A DNA stretch of 64,000 nt from a virus, in IMG/VR virus record IMGVR_UViG_3300032229_000533, positions 1 through 64,000 of that record, one strand, 5' to 3'. Each line of letters starts with the position of its first letter. The stretch's first letter is position 1. Both the position numbers and the translations under genes were made by a program. This document shows positions 20,001-29,841 of the stretch, one piece after another. The notes under the pieces were generated by a model. The model did not search any database. It was not told where the DNA came from and saw nothing but the letters and a program-made list of their open reading frames with translations.

Positions 20001-22094
20001 TTCACCTAAAGGTAAATCTTTTGATGACGCCGCAATTTCACGACGATTATCACTTGGGAGTGTTAATATGTTAGATATTGGTAATTTATATCTATAGGCA
20101 TTACCAATCTGACTTGGGTCAGCTAAACCCGCAGTTGCTTCCGAAGAAATTATAACGTAACTATCAATATCGTCTTTAGTAATTGATGGGTCATTATAAA
20201 GAGTTGTAAATTTGGAATCATAATTTATTGGGTCTGAAAAATATGATAAAGCACCTGTAGGGTTTGGATTTTTTGGTAATTCTACTGGTTCAAATCCAGC
20301 ATCCGCATTACATTCACAAGTTTCACACTCAGGATATGTTAACATCGTTAATGACATATTTGTTGCAGATTTATCAGGAGGACATGTTATACCCAATCCC
20401 CTACAAATCCAACCAAAAGGACAAATTCTCCCAACTAAAGGGAGTTTTGGAAGACAAATACCACATATCAAACAGAAAAACGCAACAACTAAAGCATATA
20501 TAAATAAAACTACTCTTACAATAAAAATTAATGGTATACCAATTAATTGTATTATTTGAAATAAAAATGAAAATAAAAAGAACAGTAAATCAAAGTTTCT
20601 GAACCCATCATTTACGGGAAATTTATTTATTGTTGATTCACAATCACTACTATCAATTTCTTTAATTCCAATAAATCTAGACCTACCACCTTTTTTATAT
20701 TCATCAATTAATTGTGAAACTGTATAAACTCTATTAAATCCAAACTCATAAAAAGTGTCTTCACAATCTATAATTTCATTTAATCTATCATAATAATTAG
20801 TACCTGTTCCAAATCCGTTAGTGTATCCACTCCAAGCCAATCCAAAATAATATGAACTTGCCAACTGATTCCTCTCCGCAATACTGCCTGTTAATGGGTC
20901 TGAATTAGAATTATCCCAACCATATTCTTTAACATTTGGAACTAAAAAATATGGTCTTCTTGTTTGCTCAGTTAATGTTGGCGGTTGTTGCCATTTAATT
21001 TTAAATCTATATTTGGCTTTAGTTGGTATACCAATTGTTGGGTCATATGAAATTACTTTTTCACCAAATTCATTTGTAATAAAATAATCCAAATTCATTG
21101 GTAGTTCGGTTAACCAAACTCCATTACCATCAATAATATTACCCGCCTGTTCTAACTGATATTGTTCCAATACAGGATTACCATCTTCATCTTGGTCAAT
21201 AGTTTGTCTTATAGCTAATACTTGTCCTGGTCCTGCAATTAATCCACACATATTACCTAAATTATCTTTAGGTCTACCATTAGGTCTAATTCTCATACTA
21301 TCAGGGCTACTGTAAATTGACCCCATAAACGTTGCCGTTGGTTGGATATCAACGTTTGCATCGTCTCTCAAATCAAAATCAACTCGGTTAATTGCAATAC
21401 TACATAATTCAGGGTCACCCCAAAGTGGAGATACTTCAAAACTTTTAACAACATTAATAATTTGTGGTAATGAGTTTAAATCGTTTGAAGTTCTAAATCT
21501 GTTACCTGCAACTTGAGCGTCAGTTGCAAGACCCATTCTAATTAAGTCTTGTGGTGTTAATGAAAATTCACCAATATCTGACAAGTCAACATCCATAACT
21601 AAAGAATATTGACCCTGAGGAACCCCCATTATCATATAATCACCACTTTCATTTGTCTTTACGGTGAATTTATAATACTTGTCGTAAATTTCAATTGCGG
21701 TAGTACCTGTTAATGCGTCTAATCTTGTTGGTAATGTACCTGTGGCTGAGTGTGTTGAGTATGATTTCTCGTATGGAAGTAGGTTGTATCTATAACCATC
21801 TTCATTTCTATCATTTGGTGATTTATATGGGTATATACTTGAGATTAATGGATTTGATTCGTCAACGGATTCAATTGGTATGAAGACAGAAACTCTAGCA
21901 TTTGGAATCCCAAAACCATTATTTGCGGTTACTCTCCCAACAACAACACCATAATCCGCACAACTTTTTGCATAAACATCCTCTTGTTGAAGTTTTAAAG
22001 ATAAAATCTCTAAAAATTCAAACTCTTGGTCTAACTGAATATTAATAGATTTATTAATACCCAACTCAGTTCTTATTCTATATGATTGACCCAT
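17025..22094 (-). CDS. Large putative baseplate-associated protein with an N-terminal prealbumin/carboxypeptidase-regulatory-like fold and an internal hydrophobic segment, 1689 aa
   Basis: VVVGRVTANNGFGIPNARVSV...TNESGDYMIMGVPQGQYSL matches that fold. Also contains a 40-aa hydrophobic stretch followed by a Cys-rich region. Confidence 0.55.
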   Translation of the reverse strand: MGQSYRIRTELGINKSINIQLDQEFEFLEILSLKLQQEDVYAKSCADYGVVVGRVTANNGFGIPNARVSVFIPIESVDESNPLISSIYPYKSPNDRNEDGYRYNLLPYEKSYSTHSATGTLPTRLDALTGTTAIEIYDKYYKFTVKTNESGDYMIMGVPQGQYSLVMDVDLSDIGEFSLTPQDLIRMGLATDAQVAGNRFRTSNDLNSLPQIINVVKSFEVSPLWGDPELCSIAINRVDFDLRDDANVDIQPTATFMGSIYSSPDSMRIRPNGRPKDNLGNMCGLIAGPGQVLAIRQTIDQDEDGNPVLEQYQLEQAGNIIDGNGVWLTELPMNLDYFITNEFGEKVISYDPTIGIPTKAKYRFKIKWQQPPTLTEQTRRPYFLVPNVKEYGWDNSNSDPLTGSIAERNQLASSYYFGLAWSGYTNGFGTGTNYYDRLNEIIDCEDTFYEFGFNRVYTVSQLIDEYKKGGRSRFIGIKEIDSSDCESTINKFPVNDGFRNFDLLFFLFSFLFQIIQLIGIPLIFIVRVVLFIYALVVAFFCLICGICLPKLPLVGRICPFGWICRGLGITCPPDKSATNMSLTMLTYPECETCECNADAGFEPVELPKNPNPTGALSYFSDPINYDSKFTTLYNDPSITKDDIDSYVIISSEATAGLADPSQIGNAYRYKLPISNILTLPSDNRREIAASSKDLPLGERINLFNQRKNFFTGVNRIKVSFAVNSNIGKSHFDNTITVLATPDLTYNTGDLLSFVNPVDSSDVNYKYSATTLTGDIYGISGTSYSSSAPTTVNVSYATGQYTNSTPIIYSLPSGSTITNYKFAADIEYFQVVTAITVSQAATMWSTGLTQTLPNLLNQPTKYQIWQRFAGRLFINDNKTINPLEYFNDYGDQVILILQRGVDPYSPLYTNQYGIGKILGYSTEDAVIITGNTRLNIPIQKLAPPLPLTTNISVQGFGGQEEIYYQSYFFNPGIAGSSTYGQAYTAFTSTNLGYYGSLDNVNYNSPPYSAGFYLNSSGTEVISKTVNGFWSSSIGASKYDSSEDVSGMGEMSITNYSTNACTVWYFDNSYWPLSNTLYYTDCDGNPKSIDSKIGGGPDNGEICVLKGTTPYWSSPTGPLGARSTIVNRGRPCPTVAINWPSGPIDTSYYVTKAYGPGWLIPITDSSKNVMRTDRLPTSDALDGGNWVDNPSILQQNLQFAIYGINRDGTSESFGFGSGASQVGPDIEGLPNAVNVLESFSCAGMVPLDCYEGFGDAFRVKTPCNDPSGVGHNFVTRGCYILFYNPLNLFGFVDDWKIWAEWGYRFRFMYGLCRGVLSQTFTNNWINGSLYMFPIQTNVFYDTQNQPEDPKIPQEIVYFDKPTTNFYFRSSPYDLSTNEFIGRSTVASATNERNLMFPTTIINLGYKDVIYSELTFDPSTKAYIIPGLNPTSYGDTSDLVNLFVISRMVDAGFLESILGWLNDSIGILFSRPRNLGYPLQLFDPKGRVDGDFVQLCSINSEIGNVNFSPEYYATTATNSPTTILGSSNNPVMAVWFSSTTQDLQTKDYLTPGRINFRTPDNSANYPYPYGIKSQVVPNYQWELKSNRGNLIFGSQLNNWATKQADIVQNRRYQSLDRTSLITPNYFRPSTATANDLNFRGYIFSMDSSGNYVSAISTSPSKFIVGAPFHFYFGTIKGQTALDLFKRKYSVIE

Positions 22095-22110
22095 TAAGTT
22101 ACTTTAATTT

Positions 22111-22117
22111 ATAAATA
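22111..22117 (-). promoter_or_regulatory. Putative late promoter TATTTAT
   Basis: 16 nt upstream of ATG 22094. Confidence 0.6.
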
Positions 22118-22186
22118 GTTTATGTGGAATTTTTAAAGGTGTCCACACTACTAAATAATAAACTAAAGAAAAATAAAATAAACTTG

Positions 22187-24025
22187 TTATGAAAAAGTTA
22201 CTGATTGGAAGTTTTTAACCGAAATTCTAATATCCTTGTTTGGATATCTAATTTGATAAACTTGTGATGGTTGTGCAAAAATAGTATCATCAACAGGTGC
22301 AATTAATTTTGTTTCTTCGTTGGCATATACCATTGAAGTTTCTGCTGAAGAGTATTGTCCTCCAACTTCATTGAATACATCAATATTAGCAACTGTTAAT
22401 ACTCCATTAGTATTTTGTATTAAACTTCTAATTTCGGATAAATAAACATTTTGACCTAATTGTCTTGTCTGAGGATTAAAATACGCTGATATTTTATCTA
22501 CAACACTTGAAATTACTTGACCAGAATTTTGAGCGGAGTCTAATACAATTGAGATATCCATACTTAAATCAATTACTTCCGCAGTAAAAATAGAAATGTA
22601 ATCATTCATCATTCTATAGTTTGATAAATAATTTGCAATATTTTGTCTTAATGTATTTGAAACAATGTTAGTTAATTTACCTGAAGTATCATATGATAAT
22701 ATTTGAATTAAAATTTTATTATCATTTTCTGTGATGGATACTTTTGCTGGCGCTCCAAACTGAGATGGCATATTTCTGATTAATGATTCATAATCCTGAA
22801 CGGTTACCGCTCTTTTTTGTGCTGCAAAGTTAAATGACACATAGTTTCTAATCTCTTCTAATGAAGGAATACCTGCTCCACCAACTGCCGCAGTTACGTT
22901 AACACATCTTAATGAATTAACAACAGATGAGTTTGTTGTCTCTGAAGGTCCATTAACAAAGAATGATACGGTACCCAATGAATTAATAACGTTTGTTCCT
23001 AAGTTTGTTGCCAAACCACCACCGACTCTATATTGAACAAACAATGTTGAATTTGGAGTTAATGTAGCGCCTAATGAAAGGTTGTTTGAATATCGTTGTA
23101 AGTCTAATGTTGTACCTAATGTGGTGAATTGATTTAATTGGTCTTGAGCGGTATTGGTACCTCCACCGAATGTCATCTTTTTAAACCCTTCAGGTGTGTA
23201 CTCAGTTATAAATCTATCTTGTGTTTGAATATACTTACCAACTTTAATTCCAGGTTGGTCAGATACTTTTGTTGGGTCTTCAATAAACACTCTATCTTCG
23301 GCTAACGCATCTACCTCATACCATCTATTATCTAAACCTAAAAACTCTGCTGTTGTTGGTGTATTTGTATAGTTTGTACCATTTTTTAATAACACACTTG
23401 TAATACCTAAAACATTTTTTTCAGGTAAGAATAATTCAAAGAAAGGTTTAACGTCATTTGCGCCAATAACTTTTTTAAACACTTTAGTAATACCATTAAC
23501 TACGACTTCTCTTTTGGTAATTGTATAATTAACTAAAATATTATTAGCGTTAAAGTTTGGAATTTTTAATCTATTTGGAAACCCCTGAGCGTTGTATGGT
23601 GAAGCAAAATCAATATCATAAACATTCTCAAATACGATACCAGCACCAACAACTTGAGAACCTCTGGCTAATGTACCAAGATATCTTTCATCTTCTTTAT
23701 CCCCAAATGCAGGAACCGTAATTGAAAAATCAACCAACGCAACTGATGGTCTTTGTCCTGGCAATTTTAATCCGTATGTTCTTGCAATGTTGTAAATTGA
23801 AGACCTTTGTTGAGCATACTGTAAAACGGTTTCTTGAATACTTCTATCAATATTATAATGTAGGTTATCTGCAACCGCGGCATTTAAATCAAGGAAAACC
23901 GTAAACACTGAAGCGTCATTAAAATCTTGAATTAAATCAGGATAGTAAGTTCTTGCGTAATTTAGGAGTTCAGTTCTTATTGACTGATAATCTCTACTAG
24001 CGTATGATATTCTGTTATTTGCCAT
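22187..24025 (-). CDS. Baseplate wedge subunit (T4 gp6 / baseplate J-like), 612 aa
   Basis: ISYASRDYQSIRTELLNY...; AAVGGAGIPSLEEIR...AQKRAVTVQDYE is the gp6/J hallmark. Confidence 0.88.
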   Translation of the reverse strand: MANNRISYASRDYQSIRTELLNYARTYYPDLIQDFNDASVFTVFLDLNAAVADNLHYNIDRSIQETVLQYAQQRSSIYNIARTYGLKLPGQRPSVALVDFSITVPAFGDKEDERYLGTLARGSQVVGAGIVFENVYDIDFASPYNAQGFPNRLKIPNFNANNILVNYTITKREVVVNGITKVFKKVIGANDVKPFFELFLPEKNVLGITSVLLKNGTNYTNTPTTAEFLGLDNRWYEVDALAEDRVFIEDPTKVSDQPGIKVGKYIQTQDRFITEYTPEGFKKMTFGGGTNTAQDQLNQFTTLGTTLDLQRYSNNLSLGATLTPNSTLFVQYRVGGGLATNLGTNVINSLGTVSFFVNGPSETTNSSVVNSLRCVNVTAAVGGAGIPSLEEIRNYVSFNFAAQKRAVTVQDYESLIRNMPSQFGAPAKVSITENDNKILIQILSYDTSGKLTNIVSNTLRQNIANYLSNYRMMNDYISIFTAEVIDLSMDISIVLDSAQNSGQVISSVVDKISAYFNPQTRQLGQNVYLSEIRSLIQNTNGVLTVANIDVFNEVGGQYSSAETSMVYANEETKLIAPVDDTIFAQPSQVYQIRYPNKDIRISVKNFQSVTFS

Positions 24026-24030
24026 CTTAT

Positions 24031-24501
24031 TTAAATATTGATAATTACAAAATCACTCTGACCAAATGTTGAACCATTGGTTGAGTAATCAATTCTTATT
24101 TTTGCAGTATATTCCGATGTTCCTTTACCAGGAAACCTATATACTGATGATTCACTTGTTCCTGCTAAGTTTTGACCTGTCGCAATATCCACTTCTTCTT
24201 GTGGGTCCGCAGGTGTTATACTTAAACTATTAACCAATAAGTTTGGCATAAAGTTTTCAATTGCGTCCCTAATGTCAGATTCAATTGCATTAAATGTTAG
24301 TCCGTCAAATGGTTCAAAAAGAAATTCATATAATCTTGTACCAAATTGTGGTAAAAAATATCTTGAACCCTTTCTTGTTAACAATAAATGAATTAAGTCA
24401 GCCTTAATTTCATCAGATTGAAATTCTGTTAATTCTAAATAATCCCCTCGTCTTGAATCTCTGAACGGAAAATTTATACCATATGTAACACCATTTGCCA
24501 T
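24031..24501 (-). CDS. Baseplate wedge / sheath initiator (T4 gp25 / gpW-like), 156 aa
   Basis: GINFPF...IKADLIHLLLTRKGSRYFLPQFGTRLYEFLFEP is the gp25 signature. Confidence 0.9.
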   Translation of the reverse strand: MANGVTYGINFPFRDSRRGDYLELTEFQSDEIKADLIHLLLTRKGSRYFLPQFGTRLYEFLFEPFDGLTFNAIESDIRDAIENFMPNLLVNSLSITPADPQEEVDIATGQNLAGTSESSVYRFPGKGTSEYTAKIRIDYSTNGSTFGQSDFVIINI

Positions 24502-24505
24502 AACT

Positions 24506-24538
24506 ATAAATATAATGTGTTGTTTTTTTCTATAAATA
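24506..24538 (-). promoter_or_regulatory. Two tandem TATTTAT motifs (24506-24512 and 24532-24538)
   Basis: Located between the nrdA terminator and the gp25-like ATG. Confidence 0.55.
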
Positions 24539-24549
24539 GATTAAAAAAC

Positions 24550-24575
24550 AAAATCCCAACTTATGTTGGGATTTT
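24550..24575 (-). terminator. Intrinsic terminator after nrdA
   Basis: AAAATCCCAAC-ATAA-GTTGGGATTTT, an 11-bp perfect stem followed by GTTTTTT. Confidence 0.8.
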
Positions 24576-24584
24576 TATTAATGT

Positions 24585-27005
24585 TTACGCCGAACATCCA
24601 AAACATTCAAATGGACTATCTTCAGGTTTGTTAGTTAATTCTGATATTTCAACTTTTGGTATTTCAACCTTAACTTTAGGTTGAGATATTTTAGAAACGT
24701 CAACCGCTAAATGTTTAGCCCCTGTTGAAATTGCTTTAGTTCTAACATAGTAACATAAAGTCTTCAAACCTTTTTCCCATGAATGGAAGTGTGATGAAGT
24801 AATCTTTGACAATGTTGGGTTAGCCATATAGATATTCATTGATTGTGATTGGTCAATAAATGGTGCTCTATCTGCCGCCATATCAATAAGTTCTCTTTGT
24901 GATATCTCCCAAATTGTTTTGTACTTACTAATCAAGTGTTCAGTTCGTTTAACTTTCTTGGTGTAGTTTTTATCTTCAGGGTCCAAATGATTGTTGAAGT
25001 TGATATTTTGAATTGACCCTTCATTCATGATAATTTCATTCTTTAAGTCTTCACTCCAAATACCAAGTTTTTCAAAGTCATTAATTAGATATTTGTTAAC
25101 AATCATAATTTCACCACCAACAACTCTTCTATTAAACAATGCCGAGTGAGCTGGTTCTGTCATTTCAAATGAACCTGTAATCTTAGCCGAAGATGCAACT
25201 GGCATCTGAGCCGTGAATAATGAATTACAAACACCATATTGTTTAACATCCTCTTTTAAAGATGCCCAATCCAAGAATAAGTCAGACTCATTTAATCCCC
25301 ACATATCAAATTGGAAAATACCTTTTGACATTGGTGAACCCTTGAAATGTTTATATGGTTCTCTACCACCTGTTTTACACAACTCCATACTTTCAGTAAT
25401 AGCGGCAAAATAGATAGCTTCAAAAATGTTTTTATTTAATGTTCTTGCTTCTTCAGAAGTGAAAATATAGTCCATCAAATAGAATACATCTGCAAGACCT
25501 TGAGTTCCAATAGCAATAGCTCTTTGTTCAAGACCACCTTTTAAACCTTTTTCGGTTGAATAACTGTTTTTATCTACAACATTATTCAACGCTCTAACAA
25601 CTTTTCTTGTCTCATCAATCAACAACTTGTAGTCAAATTTACCATCTTTAATAAAATTCTTTAATACCATTGAAGATAGTGTACAGATTGCTGTAGTTTC
25701 TTCGTCTGTATACTGATAAATCTCATTACAAAGATTTGATTGTTTAATTACCCCAATATTTTGGTGGTTAGTTTTTTTATTAGCATTGTCTTTAGAACAT
25801 AAATAAGGAACACCTGTTTCAATTTGTGATTCAACAATTTTAGTCCAAACATCTTGAGCTTTGATTTTTTTACCAAGACCCATTTGAACTGCCATGTTAT
25901 AGTTTGATTCGTATTCATCACCATAACACTCTTGAAGTGGTTTAATACCTGCTTTTAAGATATCGTTAGGACAGAATAAATACCAATCACCACCTTCTTT
26001 AACGGCCCTCATAAAGTTATCAGGCATCCATAGAGCTGTGAATAAATCTCTTGCTCTTAATTCTTCAGCTCCTGTGTTCTTTTTAATTTCAAGTAAGTCC
26101 ATGATATCTTTGTGCCATGGTTCAAGGTAAATTGCTGCGCTACCAGGTCTTCTTCCTTGTTGGTTAAAGAACCTCAACGATTCGTTAACAATTTTTAGGT
26201 ACTTTAATAAACCACCAGCAAATCCACCTGATGAGTTAATTCTACTTTCTTTACTTCTAATGTTAGACATTGATAATCCAATACCCGCAGCGTCTGAAGA
26301 GTAAGTTGAGATATCATTTAAGGTTTGTAGTAAACCATTACGTGAATCTGAATTATTGTAATGTAACACACATGAAGCTAATTGTGGTACCTTGGTACCC
26401 GCATTAATCATGATTGGTGTTGCAGGTGAAATAAGTTGGTTGGACAATGATTTATAGTAATCTACCGCCTCTTCAAATGTATTTGTAACCCATAATGCAA
26501 CTCTCATGTACATATGTTGTGGTCTTTCAATTACTTTACCTTGAGGTGTTTTTAACAAATACATCTCTTGTAATGAACGCCATGCAAAGTAATCAAAGTT
26601 ATAGTCGTTTTCATGGTTAATAATACTGTTAATATTTTCATGACCGTAATCATTCATAATCTCAATTAACTTTTCATTAACCACCCCCGCATCAAATAAC
26701 TCCATGATAGTTTCAGAAAAACTATCCTTTGTTTCTTTGTGATAAGAAGAAATTGCAACTGAAGACGCTAATCTTGAATAGTCATGATGACTACCAGTGT
26801 AAGCTGCCGCAATTTCGTATACAAGTTTATCTAACTCTTTTGTGGTAATCAAACCTTCAGTTGGTACCGAAGTTATAACTTTAATAAAAATCTCGTCTGA
26901 ATTAACATTTAATCCTTTTGCCGCTCTTTTAATTCTATTGTAAATTTTTTGTGGATTAAAGGACGCGTCCTCACCACTTCTTTTTTTAATTTTTAATGAC
27001 ATCAT
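24585..27005 (-). CDS. nrdA: Ribonucleotide reductase class Ia alpha subunit with ATP-cone
   Basis: N-terminal IKKRSG ATP-cone, LASC, SNLCNE catalytic motif, YYVRT, and C-terminal CFGC. No intein or intron. Confidence 0.96.
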   Translation of the reverse strand: MMSLKIKKRSGEDASFNPQKIYNRIKRAAKGLNVNSDEIFIKVITSVPTEGLITTKELDKLVYEIAAAYTGSHHDYSRLASSVAISSYHKETKDSFSETIMELFDAGVVNEKLIEIMNDYGHENINSIINHENDYNFDYFAWRSLQEMYLLKTPQGKVIERPQHMYMRVALWVTNTFEEAVDYYKSLSNQLISPATPIMINAGTKVPQLASCVLHYNNSDSRNGLLQTLNDISTYSSDAAGIGLSMSNIRSKESRINSSGGFAGGLLKYLKIVNESLRFFNQQGRRPGSAAIYLEPWHKDIMDLLEIKKNTGAEELRARDLFTALWMPDNFMRAVKEGGDWYLFCPNDILKAGIKPLQECYGDEYESNYNMAVQMGLGKKIKAQDVWTKIVESQIETGVPYLCSKDNANKKTNHQNIGVIKQSNLCNEIYQYTDEETTAICTLSSMVLKNFIKDGKFDYKLLIDETRKVVRALNNVVDKNSYSTEKGLKGGLEQRAIAIGTQGLADVFYLMDYIFTSEEARTLNKNIFEAIYFAAITESMELCKTGGREPYKHFKGSPMSKGIFQFDMWGLNESDLFLDWASLKEDVKQYGVCNSLFTAQMPVASSAKITGSFEMTEPAHSALFNRRVVGGEIMIVNKYLINDFEKLGIWSEDLKNEIIMNEGSIQNINFNNHLDPEDKNYTKKVKRTEHLISKYKTIWEISQRELIDMAADRAPFIDQSQSMNIYMANPTLSKITSSHFHSWEKGLKTLCYYVRTKAISTGAKHLAVDVSKISQPKVKVEIPKVEISELTNKPEDSPFECFGCSA

Positions 27006-27017
27006 AGTTTTTATATT

Positions 27018-27965
27018 TTAGAAATCTTCATCAAATGTGATTGTCTCGTTTAATTTTGCTTTTTGGTACTCAACAGTTCTTGACTCAAAGAAGTTACCTT
27101 TAGTTTCAACCGCGATTTGTTCCATGAATTTAAATGGTTGTTCAACATTAAATTCTTTTTTACATCCAAGCTTAATTAATAATCCATCAACAACAAACTC
27201 AAGATATTGTTTCATTAAGTTTGAATTCATACCAATAAGTGATACTGGTAATGATTCTGTGATAAATTCTTTCTCAATCTCTAACGCTGATAATAAAATT
27301 TCTCTAATTCTTTTCTCACTTGGTTTGTTCTCTACGTGATTGTTCAACAAGTGAATTGCAAAATCACAATGTAAGTTTTCGTCTTTAAATATTAATGAAT
27401 TAGCGTTACATAATCCTTGCATAATTCCTCTTGATTTTAACCAAAAAATTGAACAGAATGACCCTGAAAAGAAAATACCCTCAACTGCTGCAAAGGCAAC
27501 CAATCTTTCTTGGAATGAAGCATTTTGAATCCAATTTAATGCCCAATTTGCTTTTTTCTGTACTGCAGGTAATCTATCAATTGCGTGGAAACATTCATCT
27601 TTTTCCTCTGCACTTGACACATAAGTGTCAATAAGTAATGAATACATTAATGAATGTATATTCTCCATCATAAGTTGGAACCCGTAAAAGAATTTTGCCT
27701 CAGGGTATTGAACTTCTTTTAAGAAGTTTTCTGCTAAATTCTCATTTACAATACCATCGGATGCCGCAAAAAATGACAATATATTCTTTACAAAATATTT
27801 TTCATTATCGGATAAATTCTCCCAATCACGAATGTCATTTGTTAAATCTATTTCCTCTGCAGTCCAAAAAGCTGCTTGATGTTGTTTGTAATATTCCCAA
27901 ATGTCGTTATGTTCAATAGGGAAGATAACAAACCTGTTTGGGTTTTCTTTTAAAATTTTTTCCAT
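27018..27965 (-). CDS. nrdB: Ribonucleotide reductase class Ia beta subunit
   Basis: [35 protein letters not shown] and DENLH diiron motifs. Confidence 0.96.
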   Translation of the reverse strand: MEKILKENPNRFVIFPIEHNDIWEYYKQHQAAFWTAEEIDLTNDIRDWENLSDNEKYFVKNILSFFAASDGIVNENLAENFLKEVQYPEAKFFYGFQLMMENIHSLMYSLLIDTYVSSAEEKDECFHAIDRLPAVQKKANWALNWIQNASFQERLVAFAAVEGIFFSGSFCSIFWLKSRGIMQGLCNANSLIFKDENLHCDFAIHLLNNHVENKPSEKRIREILLSALEIEKEFITESLPVSLIGMNSNLMKQYLEFVVDGLLIKLGCKKEFNVEQPFKFMEQIAVETKGNFFESRTVEYQKAKLNETITFDEDF

Positions 27966-27976
27966 AATTATTTTTT

Positions 27977-29350
27977 TTACGATTGTTGTTCTCTTTGTTT
28001 TCTTTTTTCTAAAAGTTCTTTAACTCTATCACGTTTTCTTTCTTCTTGTTGTTCTTCAAACCCTAAGAAAGTTACAGAACTTTCAGTATCTATTTCAAGG
28101 AGTTCGTTGTTGAACTTACAGTTCTCAAATACAACTCCATCTTTACCAATACGTGACTTGGTAATTGCTATAGTAGCCAAATTCATTTCTTTTTGTTGTA
28201 ATGTTTTTGCTACTGATATAATGACGTGACCTACCTGAGCTTTCTTAATAGAACCACCCATTTGGTCAGTGGTTACAACCTCAGAAGAGATTGATGACCT
28301 GTTACCTTGTGTTGCTGTCCAACCGACTAACGATAACTCATGACACATCGCTTCAAACCCTCTCATAACCGAACCTTCGGCTTTCCACTCATCTTTACTT
28401 GTACTCTCAGGAACCACACAATCAATATAGTCCAACAGAACCAAATCAATTTTAGTTCCATCAGCAATCATTTTTCTGATTTGATTTTTGATTTGATTCA
28501 TAGACATAGAATCTGAAGGTAGTTTTTTTAAGATTAACTCATTCTTCATTGTTTCTTTAATCTCAGTAATCTTACTCATCACCACTTCTTTATGTTGAAC
28601 CAAATTATCAGGTTCAATACCTGTCCAAAGGGTAAAGTGTTTACGTTGAACAATCTTTGGATTATCCTCAAAAAAGATTTGAAGTACATTATACCCAAGA
28701 TTAAATGCGGTGTTAGCAATCTTAGTAAGGATGGTAGTTTTACCAACCCCCGTAGGAGCCAATATAACGCCTATCTCACCCTTTGCAAGACCACCCTTAA
28801 GTAATCTGTCAATACCTGGTATTCCGATTGGTATAGGGTGTCTAAAATCCTCATCTAATACTGTTTCAAGATTAGAGAAAATATCGGTTGTACCAGTATC
28901 TCTTTCTCCAACTTGTAAAGCTTCACGTACCAATCCCTCAACCTTGTCGTAAGACTCAAAGTCACCTTCGGTGATAATCTTTTGAGCCTTATCCATCGCC
29001 TTCTGAAGTTCTTGTTGTTTACAAAACTTCAATGCTTTTTCTTGAACAAATTGGGTTCCTTCAAATGGTGCGTCTTTGATTTGTTTAATAGTATCAAGAA
29101 CGATTTTTGCAACCAATTCTTGTGAGATTTCTGATTTAACGATTTGCTCAAGAGTATCAAAGTTAGGGGTAGACTGATATTTCGCATGATACTCCTTTGT
29201 CATCTGCAAGATGATTTTAAAGTACTTGTTGTCAAAATAAGTGCTTTCAATAACATCCATAATTGATGTTGAAAATTCTTTATCTACAATAAGTTGGTTT
29301 AAAAGTTGTATCTGGAAAGTGTTCCCTAAGTAATCAAAATTCTTGTTCAT
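27977..29350 (-). CDS. dnaB: DnaB-like replicative helicase
   Basis: Walker [23 protein letters not shown] and KSRIG arginine finger. Confidence 0.92.
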   Translation of the reverse strand: MNKNFDYLGNTFQIQLLNQLIVDKEFSTSIMDVIESTYFDNKYFKIILQMTKEYHAKYQSTPNFDTLEQIVKSEISQELVAKIVLDTIKQIKDAPFEGTQFVQEKALKFCKQQELQKAMDKAQKIITEGDFESYDKVEGLVREALQVGERDTGTTDIFSNLETVLDEDFRHPIPIGIPGIDRLLKGGLAKGEIGVILAPTGVGKTTILTKIANTAFNLGYNVLQIFFEDNPKIVQRKHFTLWTGIEPDNLVQHKEVVMSKITEIKETMKNELILKKLPSDSMSMNQIKNQIRKMIADGTKIDLVLLDYIDCVVPESTSKDEWKAEGSVMRGFEAMCHELSLVGWTATQGNRSSISSEVVTTDQMGGSIKKAQVGHVIISVAKTLQQKEMNLATIAITKSRIGKDGVVFENCKFNNELLEIDTESSVTFLGFEEQQEERKRDRVKELLEKRKQREQQS

Positions 29351-29385
29351 ATCTCGTTTTTGTAATCCCCTGTTTTATTAAATAT

Positions 29386-29838
29386 TTACTTGTTTAGGTC
29401 AACGCCCAAATATTCAAAACTTAATTTTGAGGATGAAAAAATGTCAGTTAGTTCACGAAGAACGTCTTTCAAAAATGGTCTCACATCAACGGTGTAACGA
29501 ACTTTTGGTGGGAATAATTTTCCATCAAAATATCTGTGACAAATTGTCTGTTCTCCAATTCTTACATAAAGATTGAATTGTTCGCTACCTTCAGTAAATG
29601 AAGTATCCATAATTGCAGGGTCATTAATAATCGCATCTTTGTTATCAATCATATAGATAACCGTTTTCATCTTTAGATGATACTGAAGTTCTTCTTTCAG
29701 TTGTCTCATAAAGTAATACAATTCCAATGAGTTTTTTGCCTCAGGATTGAACCCTCTAACGTTAAAGAATCTTTGAACTACGATGTTGTCATTCAACGTC
29801 AATAGGAATTCCATTTTGGTGCTGTCTTGCTCTTTCAT
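29386..29838 (-). CDS. Hypothetical protein in the replication operon, 150 aa
   Basis: ORF track; lies between the exonuclease and dnaB with short spacers. Confidence 0.7.
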   Translation of the reverse strand: MKEQDSTKMEFLLTLNDNIVVQRFFNVRGFNPEAKNSLELYYFMRQLKEELQYHLKMKTVIYMIDNKDAIINDPAIMDTSFTEGSEQFNLYVRIGEQTICHRYFDGKLFPPKVRYTVDVRPFLKDVLRELTDIFSSSKLSFEYLGVDLNK

Positions 29839-29841
29839 AAT

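Noticed and set aside
22123-22147. TGTGGA...TCCACA inverted repeat
   Set aside because: Only a 6-bp stem with a long loop and no U-tract; too weak to call.
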